A stretch of 32,000 nucleotides of DNA. It comes from Candidatus Saccharimonadota bacterium. GTDB lineage: Bacteria > Patescibacteriota > Saccharimonadia > Saccharimonadales > UBA4665. The notes beneath the pieces were generated by a model that ran no database searches, was not told the DNA's origin, and worked only from the letters and a program-made list of their open reading frames with translations. The position numbers and the translations under genes are program-made. Each line of letters begins with the position of its first letter. Within the stretch, counting starts at the first letter, position 1. Positions 27,824-32,000 of the stretch are shown piece after piece. The stretch covers positions 480,001 to 512,000 of the forward strand of contig CP064992.1 of the NCBI GenBank assembly GCA_016699935.1. The letters are read 5' to 3'.

Positions 27824-28941
27824 AAAAGGTAGTAACCATCAATCTCAACGGGCGAGCGTACCAGGTAGAAGAAGCCGGCTACGAAGTACTCAAAACTTAT
27901 TTGGATCATGCCGAGAAGACACTTGCAAAAAACCCAGATAAAACAGAGATTCTTGCGGACATAGAGCAGGCCATTGCCGACAAATGCGAGCCTGAATTTG
28001 CAGGGGGTAAGAACGTTGTGTCGAGCAAAGGGGTGGAGCGAGTTCTTCAAAAGGTCGGGCCTGTCAATGAGTCCAATAATGAGCCGTATGAAGGTGAGGA
28101 AAGAGCGTCTGGAGATTCGCCCCGAAAGTTATATAGACTAGAAAAAGAAGGAAAAATATCGGGTGTATGTGCGGGGTTGGCGGCGTATTTTGGCACCGAC
28201 GTTACTATTATGCGCATGATATTTGTACTACTGTTGTTTGTGACACAAGGCTTCATGATACTTGTGTACATTGCACTCATAGTGGCAATGCCTGAAGCCA
28301 AGAACTCCGAGCAAATTGCTGAAGCGCATGGCAAACCGGGAACGGCAAATGAGATTGTGGATAAAGTAAAACAAGTCACTAGCGATAAGCATGTGGCAAC
28401 TAGGATAGGCAACGCAATAACCATTATTTCGCAGGTTATTTCCAGGGTTGCTGTTGTGCTGATGGTACTTAGTATTATCCTGCTGACAGGCTTCTTTGTA
28501 GCCGGTATATGGGCTGTGTTGCTTGGCGAGTTGAAGATGCAGGGAGTTCTAGCCTCAATAGACGCATGGAAGCAGATAGCCTTCTTTACAGCAGCGTACA
28601 TACTCATTGTCATGCCGCTGTATTGGCTGTTCCGCTTGTTTGAAAGCGTCAATCAGACTAAAACGGCTACAGAACACGCAGAATCACATACTGTAACGAT
28701 TAGTAGTGTTGTGATCTGGTCGCTCGCAATGTTTACGGTGCTGACATTTACCGCTGTTTATGCCGAAAGTTTCCGTGAATTTGTCAGGCGAAACGGTGGT
28801 TACGTAAAAGTTGGTGGCTATGCTCTATGTGTCGATGAGTCAAAGTGCGCCAGCTACGACCAATATTTTGACGATAATGGGGTTTTACAGGGGCGTGATC
28901 CGTCTAAGCTCGACCCCACCATCACAGATGAGTGGCGCTAA
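27820..28941 (+). CDS. PspC-domain membrane protein
   Basis: Intact 373-aa ORF. The PspC domain is LYRLEKEGKISGVCAGLAAYFGTDVTIMRMIFVLLLF, followed by several further TM segments. The ATG overlaps the padR stop (ATGA). Confidence 0.8.
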   Translation: MKKVVTINLNGRAYQVEEAGYEVLKTYLDHAEKTLAKNPDKTEILADIEQAIADKCEPEFAGGKNVVSSKGVERVLQKVGPVNESNNEPYEGEERASGDSPRKLYRLEKEGKISGVCAGLAAYFGTDVTIMRMIFVLLLFVTQGFMILVYIALIVAMPEAKNSEQIAEAHGKPGTANEIVDKVKQVTSDKHVATRIGNAITIISQVISRVAVVLMVLSIILLTGFFVAGIWAVLLGELKMQGVLASIDAWKQIAFFTAAYILIVMPLYWLFRLFESVNQTKTATEHAESHTVTISSVVIWSLAMFTVLTFTAVYAESFREFVRRNGGYVKVGGYALCVDESKCASYDQYFDDNGVLQGRDPSKLDPTITDEWR

Positions 28942-28987
28942 AAGTTCGCTTGCAAAAGCAAACTAATTATGCTATAATGCTTTCATT

Positions 28988-29575
28988 ATGGTGAATGACA
29001 GTCCGCGAATCATCCGAATCATCGTGTTTCTACTGGTTGTTATTGGTTTGATATGGCTCATAATTTTCCTTTTTAGCAAAGTATTTAGCAGCGGCAGCCA
29101 GGGCGCTCCTGTAGTAACGACAAAGCTTAGTTCTTACGCGCACAGTGGCACGTCTACCGAATTTCTGATGGCCGGCCCGATTGTTGTTAGCCAAAATTAC
29201 CGGAGCATCAGGATTACGGTCGATTCCTCACAGAGCAAAATTGAACTCATGAGCGGCTACGATGGACAGGTTATGCGCCAGGAGGTATTCCCTGGTAGTC
29301 AAGAGGCTTACCTGAGCTTTCTAAAGGGCCTTGATACGCTCGGGTTCAGCAAGGGCAACAAGACGACCCTGAAAGACGAGCGTGGCCAATGTCCGCTTCA
29401 ATACCGCTACGTGTACTCGCTGAAAAACAATGGCAGCGATGTGTTTCGTTACTGGTCCACCCCATGCGGTACCGGAAGTTTCGGTGGTAGGCGCGATGCG
29501 GTAAAACAGCTGTTTGAACGCCAAATCCCCCCCGTTACCTACAGTGATTTTGTCCGCGACATGACTGTGCGCTAA
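28988..29575 (+). CDS. hypothetical N-terminally anchored secreted protein (195 aa)
   Basis: Intact ORF with one N-terminal TM (IIRIIVFLLVVIGLIWLIIFLF). I recognise no family. TATAAT (28973-28978) lies 9 nt upstream of ATG. Confidence 0.5.
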   Translation: MVNDSPRIIRIIVFLLVVIGLIWLIIFLFSKVFSSGSQGAPVVTTKLSSYAHSGTSTEFLMAGPIVVSQNYRSIRITVDSSQSKIELMSGYDGQVMRQEVFPGSQEAYLSFLKGLDTLGFSKGNKTTLKDERGQCPLQYRYVYSLKNNGSDVFRYWSTPCGTGSFGGRRDAVKQLFERQIPPVTYSDFVRDMTVR

Positions 29576-29702
29576 AGCTATAAAGTATCCCCCAGATTCG
29601 GCTCTTTATCTGACTTGGAAATATCATCGATTACCGGCATAATCGGTCTGTCTGGGTTAGGACAGTGGTGCTTCTGTCGAGTTGAGGTTACAATATGACT
29701 AT

Positions 29703-30281
29703 ATGACTATTCGTGCAGTTGTGTTTGATCTTTACGGTGTCTTAGGGCTTAATGGCTGGCAGGAGTTTAAGGCACAGCATTTCTCTGAACGTCCCGAAGA
29801 ATGGGAGCGTTTGCGTCGCTTGGGTCAGCGGGCTGATGCGGGCGTAGCGACCCAGAATGAGTTTGTGCAGGCATTGGCAGCGGCAACCGGAAAAAACGAA
29901 CAGACAATACGGTATCAGTTTGAACATACGCAGGCCAATGTACAGCTACTTGATTTCATCGCAAGCGAACTGAGACCGCACTATAGGGTAGGGCTATTGA
30001 GCAACACGAGTCATGATGTGTTCCAGAGCATTTTCACCCATGAGCAATACGCACTTTTTGATGTCGCCATTGGTTCGTTTGCCGTTGGTTTAACAAAGCC
30101 CGACCCAGCGATGTTTGCCATTATGTGCCGCGAACTTGCGGTGGAACCTGAAGCTTGCATTATGGTTGACGATAAACAAGGGCATCTGATGGCGGCCGAA
30201 ACTATGGGCATGCGAGGCGTGTTGTACCGGTCGGTCGAGCAGACCATACACGATATCAGAGAAATTATTGCTGATGATTAA
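29703..30281 (+). CDS. HAD-superfamily hydrolase
   Basis: Motif I is AVVFDLYGVL, followed by LLSNTS, KPDPAMF and MVDDKQGHLMAAE. I prefer ATG 29703, 8 nt after TACAAT at 29689-29694, over the track start TTG 29682. Confidence 0.75.
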   Translation: MTIRAVVFDLYGVLGLNGWQEFKAQHFSERPEEWERLRRLGQRADAGVATQNEFVQALAAATGKNEQTIRYQFEHTQANVQLLDFIASELRPHYRVGLLSNTSHDVFQSIFTHEQYALFDVAIGSFAVGLTKPDPAMFAIMCRELAVEPEACIMVDDKQGHLMAAETMGMRGVLYRSVEQTIHDIREIIADD

Positions 30282-30858
30282 GGCCATTATATTCGACTGT
30301 TTTGGTGTTGTGCTCACCGACTCGCTTCAGGAGATGAGAGCCAAGCTTGTCCGCGAGGATCCTGTGGCTGCCCGTGAGGTAAAAGATATCGTTGCCGCGA
30401 ACAATAGGGGATGGATACAGCCGCAAGAATCGAATGCAAAGATAGCTGCTATGCTTGGCATGAGTGTTGAGGCGTTTCGAACCCAGGTGCGAGCAGGAGA
30501 AGTGCGTAACCAGGAGCTTTTGGACTATGTCTTCGAGCTGAGAGGGAATTATAAAACCGGCATGCTTTCGAACGTGGCTACGGGCAGCTTGGAAAGACGT
30601 TTTCCAGATAATGAATTGAGCAAATATTTTGATGAAGTCGTTATATCTGCCGAGATAGGGTTTATAAAACCAGATCCGGAAGCCTACAAAATCGCAGCTG
30701 AGCGACTTTGTGTGCTGCCAAGCGAATGTGTATTTACGGACGACAAACCGGATTTTTGCGATGCAGCTGGACGTACTGGCATGAGGTCAATAGTGTATAA
30801 AGATTTTGTTCAATTTCGAGGTGACTTGGCAAGGTTATTAGACGACCCTGAAGACTAG
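30274..30858 (+). CDS. HAD-superfamily hydrolase paralogue
   Basis: Motif I is AIIFDCFGVVLTD, followed by MLSNVA, KPDPEAY and FTDDKPDFCDAA. ATG 30274 overlaps the end of the previous HAD gene. Confidence 0.75.
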   Translation: MIKAIIFDCFGVVLTDSLQEMRAKLVREDPVAAREVKDIVAANNRGWIQPQESNAKIAAMLGMSVEAFRTQVRAGEVRNQELLDYVFELRGNYKTGMLSNVATGSLERRFPDNELSKYFDEVVISAEIGFIKPDPEAYKIAAERLCVLPSECVFTDDKPDFCDAAGRTGMRSIVYKDFVQFRGDLARLLDDPED

Positions 30859-31098
30859 TTTCTTCTCTGTTGCGGCGTTTTTTTGAATAGCGGGAGCGTT
30901 CAGGCGGAGTGTGCCAATGAGGGCAGCGCTACGTGCGGCAACGAGAATTGTACGTTGCTGCATTGTCACCGTGACTTCATGGTCGTAATGTCGGCGAACA
31001 TACTCTTTTATAGCCTGTACCTCGGAAGGGACATCAAAATCTCTCGCGCTCAATATATCTGCAAGATCGTCCATGGACGTATAAGTATCGATTATCAA
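30838..31098 (-). CDS. DUF721/DciA-like small protein (tentative)
   Basis: 86-aa ORF. The C-terminal pattern VTVTMQQRTILVAARSAALIGTLRLNAPAIQKNAATEKKLVFRV resembles the DUF721 core (..L.v.v.ssa...eLrl....i...l.....i.frv). The start is TTG 31098 or ATG 31074. Confidence 0.4.
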   Translation of the reverse strand: MIIDTYTSMDDLADILSARDFDVPSEVQAIKEYVRRHYDHEVTVTMQQRTILVAARSAALIGTLRLNAPAIQKNAATEKKLVFRVV

Positions 31099-31131
31099 GC
31101 ATGAAATATCAAGTCCGGCTCACCCATTACC

Positions 31132-31177
31132 CTCTATTCCAATAACCAAGACGTACGTCTTGGTTATTGGAATAGAG
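31132..31177. promoter_or_regulatory. 46-bp perfect palindrome in divergent intergenic region
   Basis: ctctattccaataaccaagacgt|acgtcttggttattggaatagag has 23 of 23 paired positions and no spacer; I checked it base by base. It ends 16 nt before the mutM -10 box. Confidence 0.8.
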
Positions 31178-31204
31178 AAAGAGGGGGTGGTGTACAATGG
31201 GAGG

Positions 31205-32000
31205 ATGCCGGAGCTGCCTGAGGTAGAGACGATACGAAGGGGTCTATCGACACTCGTAGTCGGGAAGACGGTTTGTGGTGTCCATAATTATGATAGTCCA
31301 AAGAGTTTTCCGAATGCACCCGAAGAAGTCTGGAAGTTTGTTGTTGGCTCACGCTTTTGCGCAGTTAAACGACGCGCGAAGGTGCTGCTCGTAGAGCTCT
31401 CAAGCGGATATACGCTCGTTGTTCACCTGAAAATGACCGGGCAAATAATCGTTATTTCTGATCATGAACGTTGGGGAGCAGGGCATCCGAACGATAGCTT
31501 TGTGCGGGAGCTTCCAGACAGTACGACTCGTGAACGCATTGACTTTAGCGATGGCACGCGACTGTATTTCAACGACCTCCGCAAGTTTGGTTGATGAAAC
31601 TGTACCCAACTGTCGAAGTGCCGAATATCAACTTTATGCGTACAGTTGGCCCAGAGCCACTTGAGGATGCGTTTACCGGTGCTGTTTTGTATGAACGTCT
31701 GCAGCGGCGTAAGAACACATCCATTAAAGCAGCAATTCTCGATCAGACTGTTTTGGCGGGAGTTGGTAATATTTACGCCGATGAATCACTATGGGCAGCG
31801 CGCATTCATCCTGCAACCTTGGTGAAAAATCTACTAGCATCTGACATCAAACGTCTGACATCTGAAATAAAAGCAGTTATGCTTTTGTCGATCGAAAAGG
31901 GCGGCAGCACCGATAAAAACTATGTGAATGCCGAAGGAAAAAGGGGAGCTATCTATCATTTGCAAAAGTGTTTCGGCGCGAGGGTGAACCCTGCCCGCAC
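31205..32000 (+). CDS. mutM: formamidopyrimidine-DNA glycosylase, 2 frameshifts, 3' end beyond window
   Basis: The catalytic N-terminus is MPELPEVETIRRGL. It continues with LVVHLKMTGQ, FNDLRKFGW, H2TH GPEPL.., ILDQTVLAGVGNIYADESLWAARIHP, and finally ..FAKVF.REGEPCP at the start of the zinc finger. The frame switches near 31593 and at A5 31938-31942. ATG lies 6 nt after TACAAT (31193-31198). Confidence 0.88.

Noticed and set aside
1-32000. Alternative genetic code (UGA recoding) as the explanation for broken genes
   Set aside because: TGA terminates mscL, dnaG, padR and polA at positions consistent with family lengths. The breaks are frame switches, not in-frame TGA codons.

Overview
This is a gene-dense chromosomal window with about 40 protein genes. 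I found no rRNA, tRNA or CRISPR array. The genetic code is standard, since TGA closes mscL, dnaG, padR and polA.

Gene content is mostly housekeeping:
- wecB (partial) and manC, argS, an AlkD-like repair gene, mscL and msrB
- a Phd/YefM-VapC toxin-antitoxin pair
- an HxlR regulator divergent from an FMN reductase, an NAD(P)-binding SDR-like gene and orn
- five HAD-family hydrolases and a CapA-like phosphoesterase
- the dnaG-rpoD pair, an M48 protease and a nucleotide-kinase-like gene
- a P-type ATPase, and polA with a coupled MazG-like gene
- a PadR-PspC operon, a DciA-like gene and mutM (runs off the end)

The repertoire and compactness suggest a small-genome Patescibacteria/Saccharibacteria-like bacterium. 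That is inference only.

Key observations:
1. About thirty 1-nt indels, mostly in homopolymer runs, break or locally scramble conserved genes, including essential ones. Many track ORFs are therefore fragments. I rebuilt the genes by eye.
2. At least 15 genes have a TAnnnT -10 box 4-9 nt (mostly 6-7) upstream of ATG with no Shine-Dalgarno sequence, which suggests a leaderless architecture.
3. DnaG has lost all four zinc ligands of its zinc-ribbon.
4. A 76-bp palindromic MITE/RPE-like element sits in-frame inside the polA polymerase domain.
5. A 0.9-kb orphan cassette has its own consensus leaderless promoter. It is bracketed by ~40-bp direct repeats that duplicate the 3' end of hxlR, next to the TA pair. 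This is the best candidate for something undescribed.
6. A 46-bp perfect palindrome lies between the divergent dciA-like gene and mutM.

I could not run any search, so all family calls rest on motifs I recognise in the translations.
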